Shown: positions 49,901 to 59,290 of the stretch, piece by piece
Numbering within the stretch: position 1 is the first letter of the stretch
How the letters are laid out: each line of letters begins with the position of its first letter
Virus record (IMG/VR): IMGVR_UViG_3300026290_000007
Source: a virus
Length of the DNA stretch: 64,000 bases
Direction: 5' to 3' (one strand)
Made by a program: the position numbers and the translations under genes
The notes under the pieces: generated by a model
Databases searched by the model: none
What the model saw: only the letters and a program-made list of their open reading frames with translations
Told to the model about the DNA's origin: nothing

Positions 49901-52204
49901 TGGAGGGCTTGGTTTAAACGCGATATCGCTACTGATAGATCTAATTGTTACATTGGATAAGTTGCCTGACTCGTCTTCAGCTCTGAGCTGATAGGTGTAG
50001 GCAATCTGGCCAAGCACTCTTGCATGGATATATTTATATTCTCCATCTTCCCGTTTAGGCACAAACTGCAGTGGCTCATAGGATCCTATGTCAGATCTCA
50101 TGACATATATCCAAGTCCCTTTCAGATCAGACTCTTGGTCAGTAGTCCAAGATAAGATATTGTCAATAGAAGAATCTTCGTTGATTCTGGCTGTAAGGCT
50201 TAGCCAAGTTGGAACGTTAGGAGGAACAGAATCTCCTGCTTCTACTGAAACAACTGCAGACATATCTGATATTGCATTGTTACGATAAGCAACAACTGCA
50301 TAGTAATATGTTACATTTGCAGAAACAGATCTGTCTTGGTAAGTATAAGTATCAGATTGTGGGTTTTGAACTGGAACTTTACCAATCTCGAAAAGCGTAA
50401 AAGCATCCAAGCCTCTATAGACAACGTATCCAGTAAGTCCGCCAGGTAGTGATATTTCGGAATCATCTGTATATTGAGTTACCTTATCGAAAGTTATATT
50501 TACTTCATTACTTCCATTTGGCATGACTACGATGTTTGTGGGAGACTTTGGGATATCTCCTCCTGCGACAATGTTTATCTCGCTAGAATAAGATGATTCA
50601 TTTAAAGATCTGTCTACTGCCGTCACAACAAATCTGTAAAGTGATCCTGCTAAGAATGTGTTTCCTGTCCACTCCCTGATTTGGTTAGCTTGTACTACAG
50701 CCAACAAAGTAGCAGGGTCAGTTGAATTGTCATAGATCCTGTAATGATCTAGATCTAAAATTGTCGATCCGTCAGTATTGGTAGTAACCTGATCCCATTT
50801 AATTTTAATCCAACATGTTTGTGTACCGTGATCTCCATAACCAAGGAAGTCGGTGGTTATGGGATTGACAAATGCCCACTCGGGAGAAGAAGGAATTGTT
50901 AAGTCTCCAGCAGAAACTGTGATTGAGTCACTTCTTGGAGATTGCGCTTTAAGTTTGTTCTCAGCACTAATACAGTATTGGACTGTCGCCCCGTTATGTA
51001 AGTTGCGATGACGATATGTGTTAAATCCCTTTGGCACGAAAGACAGCAGCTGCCAATTGTCCATTAGCGCTGTTTTGTACCATAGCCGATACCCGCCAAA
51101 GTTTTGTTCTGTGTTTGGTGACCATGACAAATCAATATAGAAATCTGATCCTGCTCCGCCACCCGCTCCTGTAAGACCTGTCGGAATTGCAGGAATTGTA
51201 TAATCATCAGCTGGAACGTCAAGCCTAGTTGTTGGGCCAAAAGAAGACTCGTTGCTACCCCAATCGACGGCTATAACTCTATAGTAGTACGTTTGGCCAG
51301 CTATTACTGCCGTATCGACGTACTCAGAAGAATCTCTTTCAACGTTACCGATGGGTTTAAAATCTTCTACTGGTGGCTCAATTAAAGGAGAACCAGCAGC
51401 TCGGTAGATTCTCCATTGTTTGAGGTTGATCTCTTTATACGGAGTCCATGCAATAGCATACTGCAAAATTTCAACACTTTGATCATAACTTACAAACAAG
51501 TCTAGCGGAGCCCATAGAAATCTTGTATCGACAACTGTTATATCTCCGTTTAGATCAATAACAATTTTGGCAAGCCTTATGGCGTTGGCCGCATACAAAT
51601 TCGTATCCCAAGTACAGTAACCTATTACGCCATCTGGGTTAACATAGACAGCATAAGTAACGTTGGTAGTATCTGGCAAACGAAGACCTACCTCTTTGGC
51701 AATAAGAATTCGTTTGCCTCCAAGATACGCAGTTCCAGGCTGAACTGTAACGTTGGCACCTTGTCCTTTTTCTACAACTAAACCGTCCTTGACAAAGAAC
51801 TGATTGGTTTCAGCATATTCCGATCCAGTAATTTTTACGTCACACGAAGTAAGAGACCATTCACTTTCAATGCCCTCTGTCTTACTAATGGACTTAACGC
51901 GCAAAGAAAGTGTTCTGTCAAGATAATCTGTTTCAAAAATTACCTTCTGGGGCGGCCCAATATCTTTGGTGTTATCCTTAGATGATAAAATACCATGGAA
52001 GCCGTCATATGGCTTCCATGATTTAGTGTTGATATCCCACAGCTCAACTATGAAATATTTTACAGCCGACACGTCAGGAACAGACCAGGACAATCCTACA
52101 TTCTGCCCATCTCCCATGTTTGTGGCTTGTAGATTCGATATTGTTATCTTGTTTCTCTGAGCCAGAACGCTTAATTGGTTCTGGAGATTTCCAAGTTCGG
52201 CCAT
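43961..52204 (-). CDS. giant tail fibre/central fibre protein (2,747 aa) with 12 FN3 modules and repetitive beta-rich distal half
   Basis: Twelve 'W-x..-Y-x-[IV]-[YW]-R ... Y-Y-[RK]-V-x-A-x-D-x-x-G-N-x-S' FN3 signatures in aa 1 to about 1310. Two jelly-roll/CBM-like blocks ('YNYILNSAFG...VQLEDGDLATQWNP'; 'SNLIRNGRGG...'). Many 'xDxxG[IL]xxxxGxFxI' repeats. ATG start. Confidence 0.7.
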   Translation of the reverse strand: MAELGNLQNQLSVLAQRNKITISNLQATNMGDGQNVGLSWSVPDVSAVKYFIVELWDINTKSWKPYDGFHGILSSKDNTKDIGPPQKVIFETDYLDRTLSLRVKSISKTEGIESEWSLTSCDVKITGSEYAETNQFFVKDGLVVEKGQGANVTVQPGTAYLGGKRILIAKEVGLRLPDTTNVTYAVYVNPDGVIGYCTWDTNLYAANAIRLAKIVIDLNGDITVVDTRFLWAPLDLFVSYDQSVEILQYAIAWTPYKEINLKQWRIYRAAGSPLIEPPVEDFKPIGNVERDSSEYVDTAVIAGQTYYYRVIAVDWGSNESSFGPTTRLDVPADDYTIPAIPTGLTGAGGGAGSDFYIDLSWSPNTEQNFGGYRLWYKTALMDNWQLLSFVPKGFNTYRHRNLHNGATVQYCISAENKLKAQSPRSDSITVSAGDLTIPSSPEWAFVNPITTDFLGYGDHGTQTCWIKIKWDQVTTNTDGSTILDLDHYRIYDNSTDPATLLAVVQANQIREWTGNTFLAGSLYRFVVTAVDRSLNESSYSSEINIVAGGDIPKSPTNIVVMPNGSNEVNITFDKVTQYTDDSEISLPGGLTGYVVYRGLDAFTLFEIGKVPVQNPQSDTYTYQDRSVSANVTYYYAVVAYRNNAISDMSAVVSVEAGDSVPPNVPTWLSLTARINEDSSIDNILSWTTDQESDLKGTWIYVMRSDIGSYEPLQFVPKREDGEYKYIHARVLGQIAYTYQLRAEDESGNLSNVTIRSISSDIAFKPSPPLVTAEGLFNGTSGVVLEWSEVTTNDEATPTPVVALKGYRIYRSSQGLPFKMIADIPSGSATYEYPDMELVNGREYLYRIIAYNGVGAESYPCEVGPVTAGDTTQPPQPSVILTPYFSPTSTEIATIGFDISCTQEVGHYNVYLSNDGIRWAAPQAVPYEAGGSYYSFTVPYGSYVYYRISAVSIPGTESTYVEDVFQATYNIAPSDIDQYDISIRYEPKGNNFFDAIISWQYYPVGNELDYFDSYNVLYGGAATPVVLTAIRDKNTKTFRVSGLEGGVIHDFAVVVENKYHIWSTPYWVSGAPDDDTIPNAPSEIRVNSKVLAIGVEWEPVTTNTDESTCIDLSYYALDIADNPEFNPISRTVNIPSVITNYLYDTSDHNLWYFRVRAVDSFGNHSAMVISDGIRSIDITDFVGGGIVPGEVTIDLPLDTGVIWQTDNAVTPNILYGDEPDVWIKLRWLQVDYADHYKIYMSEDNQVYYQVGTVRDPGTTITPIYVDFVAHNLFPNTIYYFKVTASNKFNDEGPFSGVASGLSSSVVRPIDAPTNFGVNIGKNLIALHWDVPISMSKVVGNVLERRSTTDPHDAQNRTWTNWEVIYVGRGSYHIDTPLEYTRFYQYRVATADSAGNVSNYSPSDYESRDYVPGQVGNEDIAVDAIHGNQIYANTINAINIAAEAIEARHIKSEIITSEKIAAKAIRAQNLDLTMGGYNYILNSAFGMQDFSGNLGLNWNISGSVASIEEDAVLPESMPYCLRLYKQYEISGPISVTQNIPTVGMDGKVVTLSYDRWTQNITGTQARIRLVVNTATGYVNLADEPIMGTTDGWVRSTHTVTMPSGIISIALEITMYGTSTGTLKITKVQLEDGDLATQWNPNGDEVYGANGKVQINSAGIKVLGGAIDVESAYGKVKITSQGITAIKTTDAYGDPLKFAKLDGDGLTIMGGAFSISTAWQQGTTPVTMARVEIDEHGIKAYNNSSQTLDIGSDGQVRIWNGELSLLPLAPNTGKLIINSDGLTGYKNDITKTVRIDSATGKFSLYGGEFEIKTAAESSINQGLVLNQNGLSAYRADSSRFFNLDIPNNKLFLYGGGFDISTAPEGQLGNKVSIDGSGISILNEIGEKIIQMSGTDIPGEGVKMLISGSFKIRSASLDSSVIIDENGILGTFADSSFELTKGHDSVSPGLHIRNGNINCGDVHIGAEGITVSGTAGISIKSNDATPLTFVKMDHEGIKILEDGGIKIIGTMNPDSDGGSISFYPEGMLPGVQPTVAISGKYGIHANAITTGVLTIDGTSGDIRPRIEVRDNNILKVEINKLGIHVFDGSLSITGPDGNIYMENGQIVATGLRIGLGGSNLIRNGRGGKLNTIPWEGTAQITTGLDVIIPGSSPELKAGVSGRTAFQFNGDTGDDFYQTVDDVAVGNKYIFTCWVYLISGALNITIERPTGATPATTPDDNTIVATVYDPGINQQYGYSAYKYVLLRLPVMQEHDIPPVVRFTAIQDGTYAFITDIMLSIGDVPHGFVNHSNEIDSCDSNVVIDDTGIKVTNGKFSMQTVLGSGEEYGLVLDGLGLSLTKGFHQIFALNENGFGLNLPSKSVVINDTYGIKVASSTDVNKYVTLDENGLSVHGGFLNIVSEDGSLKINPNSITVSHGLTEKVRLDTNGLTINDGAFNLSSSAENAALQITNDRITVKNSSGKEIVNIGNTEGKPGAGLMTQGILVNGAGFKLTNTDGGGTVSISDQEIRINHPANGTCSVLTASGLEVHNSTTGAHISNYAKNVVVGGPVYSGTTVTLGALANPKVIIVPALFQTYHAESAYRDCHQYAKFHVVTGRDAQNNFKFTPYVTYPIYSTSQTESAISWTSKRMNVDILAGQHSSGSTIYDTATQLGVYCEWHGRHRGHHYVRFYVRIYWNDILVNEWYKSTYYSSTSTAWFWSDVHPPGKMRFDIYVTTNQKDCRMYHRGVLYYADLEVNPSGIHPQVNYLVIDG

Positions 52205-52216
52205 GAGTTAAGCCTC

Positions 52217-55200
52217 CTATTTGTTAGGGTCATATTGAACAAACACATAAATGCCGTAGGCAACGTGCTGATTAATAATTTCAAGAATATCTTCTTCGGT
52301 AAACTTACCTCCGTGCTTTTTGAGCAACGACTGAGGCAATGTTATTTCGATAACTCCGTTGCTTGGATAAGGCAGTCCATCCCATGATCCTACATCCCAA
52401 ATGTATGAGGATTCTGGATCTTTGACTGCCTTGACTGCTTCGGGAGAAAGCTTATCTTTAAACCCGCCCCCGCGTCTTCTAGCATCGGTTGATTGAACCA
52501 TAGAGGGTACCGCGGGCCGTTTAAGATGCACTTTAGCAATGACGATTACTCCTCCAGCATATTCTTCAACAGGTGTGGTATCTGATGGAGTTGTTGGCTC
52601 GTAAGTAAGACTGTCAATAATTTCTGCTACAGCCTCTGATTCTGTCTTTGTTTTATCAATTATCTTATGACGCAAAGAAAACACAACAGGGTCTGTAGTT
52701 TCACCTGTATTTCGATTATAAATATACGTAGGAACAAGATAGAAGTATATCGATTTATTAAGCAACTCCAAACTAGGAGCTAACTCCCCAGCGTCATTGG
52801 TGTATACATGCCCAGGCATTGGATTTAAATCTAAGTAATAGAACTTAGAAGTATTGACATCTCCATACCCTTTGTAGACAAGGTGCTTTTGGTGGAAATA
52901 GTAATCAACATAAATTTTATCTGTATACGAGAGCTGTCGATCAAGTCTTATTTCTCCAGTATACATGTTCCAATTTATAATAGGAATCTCAGTTATAACA
53001 TCTTCGATATCCAAGTACACCTTAATATTAGTCGGATTACCGTCTTCATCACACACTACGTGTAGTGGAGTATGCTTAACTGTAATAGTAACAGCATCAT
53101 ATATTTCTGCCTGTTCCTTTACAACGTAGCTGTAAGGAACCTCTGGATGAAAAGCCTGGCTAGCATATTCGGGTAAGTGATAATCCAAGAACAAATCCTG
53201 GGTTGCATCTTTTTTCTCTCTAGTCATCCGCCCGTTATTAACTTTCGGGAGCCACATTTCGTCTTTATCCATGCTCTCAAAGGGGAACATAAAGATCTTA
53301 CCGCTCTCGTCGTTCTTGGCACTAAACATTCTAGAGTAATATGCCTCTTCTGCTTCGCTGTTTATAGACATTACTATGCTATAGTCGGTTATGTCTGGAT
53401 AAGTAAAGTAGATCCCATCTTGGTCATCTGGTAATCTTCCAAGGGGATATCTCCAATTCCATAGATTGCCCGAGCTTTTTTTGATCGCAGAAAGAGATGC
53501 ATAAGGGTTTGCTGGTATTGGAGTAGTAGCAGTTGTATCTCCCAAAGTAATTCTATACTTTAGATTATCCTTAGTATACTCTTCTGGAATCATGTCGTTC
53601 TCAAGTAACAACTGGTAAAGATCAATCTTATAAGGAGAAGCTTTGCTTACCGAGAACCCTAAACTGATCTTGGTATCACAGTTGTGTTCTATATCTGGTG
53701 GATCGTAATAATTATATGCATTTACCTCGAACAGTTCGAACCCCGATTGGTAAAGATCCCTGTAATATTTCTTCCACAATTTTCTTTTATACACGTAACT
53801 TCTTGTATACCAAACACTAGGAGTAATCGTGATAAGTAGTTGTGTTACATCTGAAACAAGACCGCTTGTATTTTCTGCAGTGTAGTATCTGCCGTATCCA
53901 TAGAACACTGTCTCAGTCTCGTTTAAAGTAAGGGTGACCAATGTTCCATTAGATTGCCTAGCTCGTACCTGGGCAAGGTTGCCTCTAAGACCCATAACCA
54001 CTTGAATCTTGTGAAGATCGGTTGATCGTTGTAAGTTAACAGTAACAGTTACAGCAGCAGTTGGAGGGCTGGTATCCTCATCACTTCTGACATAAAAAGC
54101 ACCCACGTAATCCTGCCCCCACCAGCGGTCGCCTGGGCTTCTACCGTCTATAGCACACGCTGGACTTGTAGAGTAAGGGTATTGACTACTATTGAGATTA
54201 GATGTAGCAGTAGCCCCAACTGAAGTTTTCGATACATTAGTTTTAACAACAGGGATAACTGTCACGTCAGGAGGATCTAGCCATCTTTCAATTGTTATGT
54301 CTACTGGAACTTGTTCATATGCTTTGTCTATATTTCCTGGCTGGTCTATTTTTCCGCCAGTATCGTTCATAGTCCAAGCAAGCAATTGATTTCCATTGAA
54401 CTCAAAGTAAACTGTATTGCTAGAATCTTGAACCCACGAAGACGAATCAGGATCCCATATCTCGTATTCCACAGAATAGCTCGGGACTGCTCCTGCAATT
54501 TCATCTGCAATATTTTCACTTAATGTTTTTTTGGCCACACCGTCTTCTTCTGTGTAAACAGTTTTACCGCCAAATGTAAAATCTTCTTCGTATAAAGAGC
54601 CTAGACTAAGTAGATATTCACTTTTCCAGGTTGACCTCTTGTCGTTTCCTTCTCTGAGCCTCCACCTAAATAAGACCTCATTACGAATCAGCATATCTAT
54701 ATCTTCAGCAGTATAGACTTTGTACCCTTCATCGGTAACGACTTTTTCAAGAGCAAATATGTTTGAGCCATCTTCTGCAGCCAACACTTCGTTTTTTTCG
54801 GCCTTAACAAATAAGGGCTCCGAGTTATAAATTTCTTCAAAACCGTGCTCGGCAATCTGATTAGTTGCGTTCCACTTGGAATATTCGACAACATAGTATT
54901 TGTCCACAGAAGAAGTAAAGTCAGAATAGATGTGCACTTTATAGATTTCTTCAGAGCCGATAGATTCTAGACATACGATATAGTTGCCTTCTGGCGGAGT
55001 ATCGTTATCATGCAATCTAATATTGTGACCAAGATAAATTCTCTGAAGATCATTTGGAGCTCCATCTGTCGTCAGAGGAGGATTTTTTTCATAATGCTTA
55101 AATCTTGTGACGTAGTGATAATACATCGGTATTAGTTTTCCGTCAGATAGTTCCTTATAATAGTTGGTAAAAAGAACGTTATCTATTGGTACATAGGAAG

Positions 55201-55441
55201 TTCCAGAGCTATCTTTTACAAGTCTTCCACTTCCAGCCCAAAATGTTTTTTCAAACTCTTCTACAACAGTAGTATTTTCAGGAATATTATTGCTGTAGTC
55301 GTACAGTTCTACCACATCTTCAGAAATGAGTTCTGGGCTATTTACATACGCAAGATTAACTGTGTTGTCTGGTAAAACAGCTCCAACTCTTACTGAGGGT
55401 TCTGTGTTTGCGTCGTCTATGTTATCTTTGAATCTATGCAT
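52217..55441 (-). CDS. large baseplate/fibre-network structural protein
   Basis: 1,074 aa. Discoidin-like 'CAIDGRSPGDRWWGQDY'. Lies between the baseplate genes and the giant fibre gene. Confidence 0.5.
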   Translation of the reverse strand: MHRFKDNIDDANTEPSVRVGAVLPDNTVNLAYVNSPELISEDVVELYDYSNNIPENTTVVEEFEKTFWAGSGRLVKDSSGTSYVPIDNVLFTNYYKELSDGKLIPMYYHYVTRFKHYEKNPPLTTDGAPNDLQRIYLGHNIRLHDNDTPPEGNYIVCLESIGSEEIYKVHIYSDFTSSVDKYYVVEYSKWNATNQIAEHGFEEIYNSEPLFVKAEKNEVLAAEDGSNIFALEKVVTDEGYKVYTAEDIDMLIRNEVLFRWRLREGNDKRSTWKSEYLLSLGSLYEEDFTFGGKTVYTEEDGVAKKTLSENIADEIAGAVPSYSVEYEIWDPDSSSWVQDSSNTVYFEFNGNQLLAWTMNDTGGKIDQPGNIDKAYEQVPVDITIERWLDPPDVTVIPVVKTNVSKTSVGATATSNLNSSQYPYSTSPACAIDGRSPGDRWWGQDYVGAFYVRSDEDTSPPTAAVTVTVNLQRSTDLHKIQVVMGLRGNLAQVRARQSNGTLVTLTLNETETVFYGYGRYYTAENTSGLVSDVTQLLITITPSVWYTRSYVYKRKLWKKYYRDLYQSGFELFEVNAYNYYDPPDIEHNCDTKISLGFSVSKASPYKIDLYQLLLENDMIPEEYTKDNLKYRITLGDTTATTPIPANPYASLSAIKKSSGNLWNWRYPLGRLPDDQDGIYFTYPDITDYSIVMSINSEAEEAYYSRMFSAKNDESGKIFMFPFESMDKDEMWLPKVNNGRMTREKKDATQDLFLDYHLPEYASQAFHPEVPYSYVVKEQAEIYDAVTITVKHTPLHVVCDEDGNPTNIKVYLDIEDVITEIPIINWNMYTGEIRLDRQLSYTDKIYVDYYFHQKHLVYKGYGDVNTSKFYYLDLNPMPGHVYTNDAGELAPSLELLNKSIYFYLVPTYIYNRNTGETTDPVVFSLRHKIIDKTKTESEAVAEIIDSLTYEPTTPSDTTPVEEYAGGVIVIAKVHLKRPAVPSMVQSTDARRRGGGFKDKLSPEAVKAVKDPESSYIWDVGSWDGLPYPSNGVIEITLPQSLLKKHGGKFTEEDILEIINQHVAYGIYVFVQYDPNK

Positions 55442-55446
55442 CTGTT

Positions 55447-58056
55447 TTACCTCACTTTAATCTCTGCTATTTCACTGGCGATTCCGCTAGTGAAAGTTAT
55501 CTTGGTCGAACAAGGAATAATATTGTCATTCACGTCTAACGGCATGTCGTCGCTATCAGGAGCAATATATCTATAAACTTTTCGGTTATAGAAAGTCCCA
55601 ACTAATTCAAGGGTTCCGTTTACTGCAACAACAGATCCTGTATCATCCCTGGTCATTTCTACGGAATAGTTGGGTTCGACATTTAAAACAGGATTACCAT
55701 ATCTGTCTATGCAATCTACTATTATAGTACATGAATCCACGGCATCTGCACAAATTACGTCAGGATGAACCTTGATATCAAAATCATTCAACTCAGGAAC
55801 AGCTCCAGTAATGTACACAAATCCGTCTGTGATATGAGAAAACATAGGATCGAAACTCAGCAAATCATATTCACGATAGGCCGTTTGATCTTGTGACTCT
55901 AAGACAACTTCTATATCAGCATATTCATCAGAGAAAATCAACTTGGCTGTTCCGTCTTCTACAGTTAAAACAAACGAATCTTGTTGGCGATACAACACCG
56001 AAAGCAATTCGTCCGACTCTATCGTACGATCTAGCATAATGATGTTCTCATCCGTAGCTAACACTTCGCACCCGCTAACAACAACCCCGATAGGGTCAGC
56101 ATAATTTAGAGCAATCTGGTTTGTTCCGTTCCCGTATATCTCCTCTACATTTACAATAGAAGGCTCTCCACCTACAACGAAACTCACCTGTGAAAGTGTT
56201 ATTTGTTCGCTATCGCGTGTTGCATTAACAATTATAGGAGCTCCTTGCATTGGAAAGTTCTCGAGTGTCACCTCTGAGGTGGGGCCGATGAAGTTTTCTA
56301 TAGCACTCTTTGCGTAAACATAGTGTTCAGCACAAAAGCTTACAATTAGCATAGACCCTGCAGCGACTGGTGATGTTTGAATTCTGTTCTTTTTGACACC
56401 GATAACAGTAGGACTTATTTTGTTACCGCTTGGGTCAGTTCCAGTTATTGTCACAAACTGAGGATTTTTGTATCTAGTATATATTATATTCGTTCCATCG
56501 GCAGTATGTGTTTCTTTTACCGAAAGATAATAAAATCCTGAATGGATTAATGGAGACCACGAGACGTCTTCAAATTTGATCTTGCAATCATACCCATCAC
56601 CGATACCTGTTTGGAGATATGCGTTTGCTATTTCTCCTAGCCGCGGATCCCACTTGTTAGGCAACACATGAAGACCCATGAGGTTTTTACCTACAACATC
56701 CCAGTAACTTTCGTCCCATTTCCATTTGCCCCACATAATAGGCACAAATGTATTAAGTTCGTCTACATAATTCTTTAGTTTCTGGGAAGGGCTTCCATCT
56801 ACTTCAAACAAACTATTTCTGAAAGCATCGTCGTGTAGAGCTTCCATTTGGACATCGTGAATACACGAAACTACAGCCTCTTTTGGCACGTACTCAAGCG
56901 TGATGTTTCTAAGTTCTACTGTGTCTGTTCTAAGAGGACGCGACAGAGTTATAATAAGTCTGATAGGTTCTTCAATACGAATAGGCGTTGTGCCCAATAA
57001 ATTTGTGACTCCTGTTATTCCTTTAACAATGTAAGCTTTGCTTTGATCGACGTACTTATCAAAATCATATCTAACTATATCGACTTTGATGTCGCCATCT
57101 CCATCTATCACTATTGTGCTCCATTCTTTTAGATTGGATGGATTAATAACAGGCGTTATTATGTGGCCTTGTTTTACTCCGCTAACAAGTTTGACAGTTT
57201 TTGTCGGAGACAACACAGTGTTGCTAAATTGATATGATAAATTCTTATCATAAAAAACACGATACTTGGGGTATATTGTATATTCTTTTGTAGCGTAGTC
57301 ATACTCATATTGACCATCTTGCAGAACTTGACCATTAACGATAAAGGTTTCTGGAATAATTGATATCCCCTCGATTTCCTCGTTAATTACAAATGAAGTT
57401 GAATCTTCTGGCCAAGTTGTGGAAAATACCAATCCTAACTCTCTGCCAACAGCTCTTTGAAGACCTAGCTTGGTAGAATTGCCAGGAAATCTGAATACAT
57501 CTAAGACTCTCTCTTTTAGTTCTGAATTCGTTTCCATAAACCTTCTTCTGATGCCTAATAGAAGGGCAAACTCATCAAATACATTCCATACATGATGAGC
57601 CAATATGTCTGTAAGACTTTCAGAACCAAATTTTATCCAGCTGTAGTTTTGTTTGAAATAAAGAGTCTTGGCCCCGAAATCAATAATGAAAGGATGATCG
57701 TCTATATTAGAACCATAAAACTCAAACAAAGTAACGCACTCTTGCATATCGGTCGGATTTGGTGTTGCACTAAAGTCAAACCCTTGCACAATTGTCACAG
57801 AGTCTGCATCATCTGTTTTGAACCTTGTCTTATAAATCCAGGCCACTTCTCCAATATTCGCTGTACCTATGTATTGATTGTCTAAGGCAGCTTGTAGAAA
57901 TCCATCTACTTCTTGTACTTCAAGACCAAATACATTTAGGAATTGAGCTCCAAGTGCATTCGGATCTTTTCTTATTTTTGTCCACGTCGGAAAGGCCCTA
58001 ACTAGTTTGGCCGTAACATATGAGTAGGGAAAATCAGCCGTATATCCGTTAAACAA
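55447..58056 (-). CDS. large baseplate wedge/peripheral protein
   Basis: 869 aa. Immediately downstream of the baseplate-J-like gene, the usual position of wedge/fibre-attachment proteins. TTG start 7 nt after AAGGAGGG. Confidence 0.5.
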   Translation of the reverse strand: MFNGYTADFPYSYVTAKLVRAFPTWTKIRKDPNALGAQFLNVFGLEVQEVDGFLQAALDNQYIGTANIGEVAWIYKTRFKTDDADSVTIVQGFDFSATPNPTDMQECVTLFEFYGSNIDDHPFIIDFGAKTLYFKQNYSWIKFGSESLTDILAHHVWNVFDEFALLLGIRRRFMETNSELKERVLDVFRFPGNSTKLGLQRAVGRELGLVFSTTWPEDSTSFVINEEIEGISIIPETFIVNGQVLQDGQYEYDYATKEYTIYPKYRVFYDKNLSYQFSNTVLSPTKTVKLVSGVKQGHIITPVINPSNLKEWSTIVIDGDGDIKVDIVRYDFDKYVDQSKAYIVKGITGVTNLLGTTPIRIEEPIRLIITLSRPLRTDTVELRNITLEYVPKEAVVSCIHDVQMEALHDDAFRNSLFEVDGSPSQKLKNYVDELNTFVPIMWGKWKWDESYWDVVGKNLMGLHVLPNKWDPRLGEIANAYLQTGIGDGYDCKIKFEDVSWSPLIHSGFYYLSVKETHTADGTNIIYTRYKNPQFVTITGTDPSGNKISPTVIGVKKNRIQTSPVAAGSMLIVSFCAEHYVYAKSAIENFIGPTSEVTLENFPMQGAPIIVNATRDSEQITLSQVSFVVGGEPSIVNVEEIYGNGTNQIALNYADPIGVVVSGCEVLATDENIIMLDRTIESDELLSVLYRQQDSFVLTVEDGTAKLIFSDEYADIEVVLESQDQTAYREYDLLSFDPMFSHITDGFVYITGAVPELNDFDIKVHPDVICADAVDSCTIIVDCIDRYGNPVLNVEPNYSVEMTRDDTGSVVAVNGTLELVGTFYNRKVYRYIAPDSDDMPLDVNDNIIPCSTKITFTSGIASEIAEIKVR

Positions 58057-58069
58057 TTAAAGCCCTCCT

Positions 58070-58888
58070 TTAGTTTACAACTATATCGTATTGGCTATCT
58101 ATATATAGTTGTTCATCCCAATATGGTTTATAGTTCCCTATAAGAATTTGTCTGCGGTTTACTTCCATCCTGCGTATTTCTACGTCTTCTATAATTCCTT
58201 TACCTACTTCTTTTGCAACATAGATAAGGTCGCTATACACTAGTTGTTGCCCCATAGTGAGTTTATTAATGTGATTAATTAGCGCGGCCTTGATATCATT
58301 GCTAGTCATTGCTCTGATTTCATCAGATATGTTTCCAAAGAAGGCCAACACAACGTCGAAGAACACAGGAACTTTTTTAGGAGCAACAGCAACTCCTTTA
58401 ACTCCAAAAGCTTCTACCCTATCTAGTTCTTCTTGAACCTTAAATACGGCATTGTCTAGATTTTCCATGTTGTCAACTATTACATGAACTGTGAATGAAC
58501 CCGTACCGAACACAAACGGAGTTAGTTCAACATTAACGACGTGATCTACACTAAGTGCTGCCAGTCTAATAGCCGTTTTGTTAGCACCCTCTACAACGTA
58601 TACGTGATTGCTAATACGGTATCGGTAGTTGTCATCGCTCTCTCCAGGTGTACGTGAACAGTTGAGCAACACACCTATTTCATCTAGGAAAGCGCCAGTT
58701 GCTCTACTGACAAATGCCATTACAACATTAAAGTCCAGTGCTTGATAATATGTAGCCAATATCTTGTTAAAAATTAATAAGAGAGCTTGGGCTCTCGCTC
58801 CAGGACTTGTGTTGCTTATGTCAGTATTCTCGAGCAGGCCTTCTGCCATGGCATTGAGTTCTTGCTCTGATTTGTTATATAAAATCAT
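58070..58888 (-). CDS. baseplate J-like protein (P2 gpJ / Mu gp47 / XkdT type)
   Basis: 272 aa. 'SRTPGESDDNYRYRISN' (the E-x-D-x-x-[LY]-R-x-R block of baseplate J). Position is after the gp25-like gene. Confidence 0.68.
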   Translation of the reverse strand: MILYNKSEQELNAMAEGLLENTDISNTSPGARAQALLLIFNKILATYYQALDFNVVMAFVSRATGAFLDEIGVLLNCSRTPGESDDNYRYRISNHVYVVEGANKTAIRLAALSVDHVVNVELTPFVFGTGSFTVHVIVDNMENLDNAVFKVQEELDRVEAFGVKGVAVAPKKVPVFFDVVLAFFGNISDEIRAMTSNDIKAALINHINKLTMGQQLVYSDLIYVAKEVGKGIIEDVEIRRMEVNRRQILIGNYKPYWDEQLYIDSQYDIVVN

Positions 58889-58891
58889 TTC

Positions 58892-59287
58892 TTAACCTCC
58901 AAATCCTGAAAGCTTTATTGGGTATTGAATAATATCTTGTTCTCCATCCTCACGCTGCACAACGATGTAATATTTTATTTCATCTCCAGCTGGGAGGGGA
59001 ATAACAGTAAGGTCTTCAGATCCAACCAATCCATTCGCTACAAGAGTACTGAATATCCGTGCCGCTCCCTCTTCTCCGATTTCTCTAGAATTAGGAAACC
59101 CAATCAGTTCTTCAAGATCAGCTCCGAAATCTGGATAAACATCAGAATCGTTTTTCTGAGTTTTGACAGCAAGAGAGATATCGTCTTTAGTGCAATCAAA
59201 GCCTTCGGCTAAAGCAAGATCACCAGTTTCGTCTAAAACAAAATCCCCGTCATTGTCTAGGGCAAGATCTGTTTTATTATATTCCAT
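58892..59287 (-). CDS. baseplate wedge protein (gp25/GpW-like or XkdS/DUF2634-like)
   Basis: 131 aa. 'DLALDNDGDFVLDETGDLALAEG' and 'FGADLEELIGFPNSREIGEEGAARIFSTL'. Confidence 0.55.
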   Translation of the reverse strand: MEYNKTDLALDNDGDFVLDETGDLALAEGFDCTKDDISLAVKTQKNDSDVYPDFGADLEELIGFPNSREIGEEGAARIFSTLVANGLVGSEDLTVIPLPAGDEIKYYIVVQREDGEQDIIQYPIKLSGFGG

Positions 59288-59290
59288 CCT

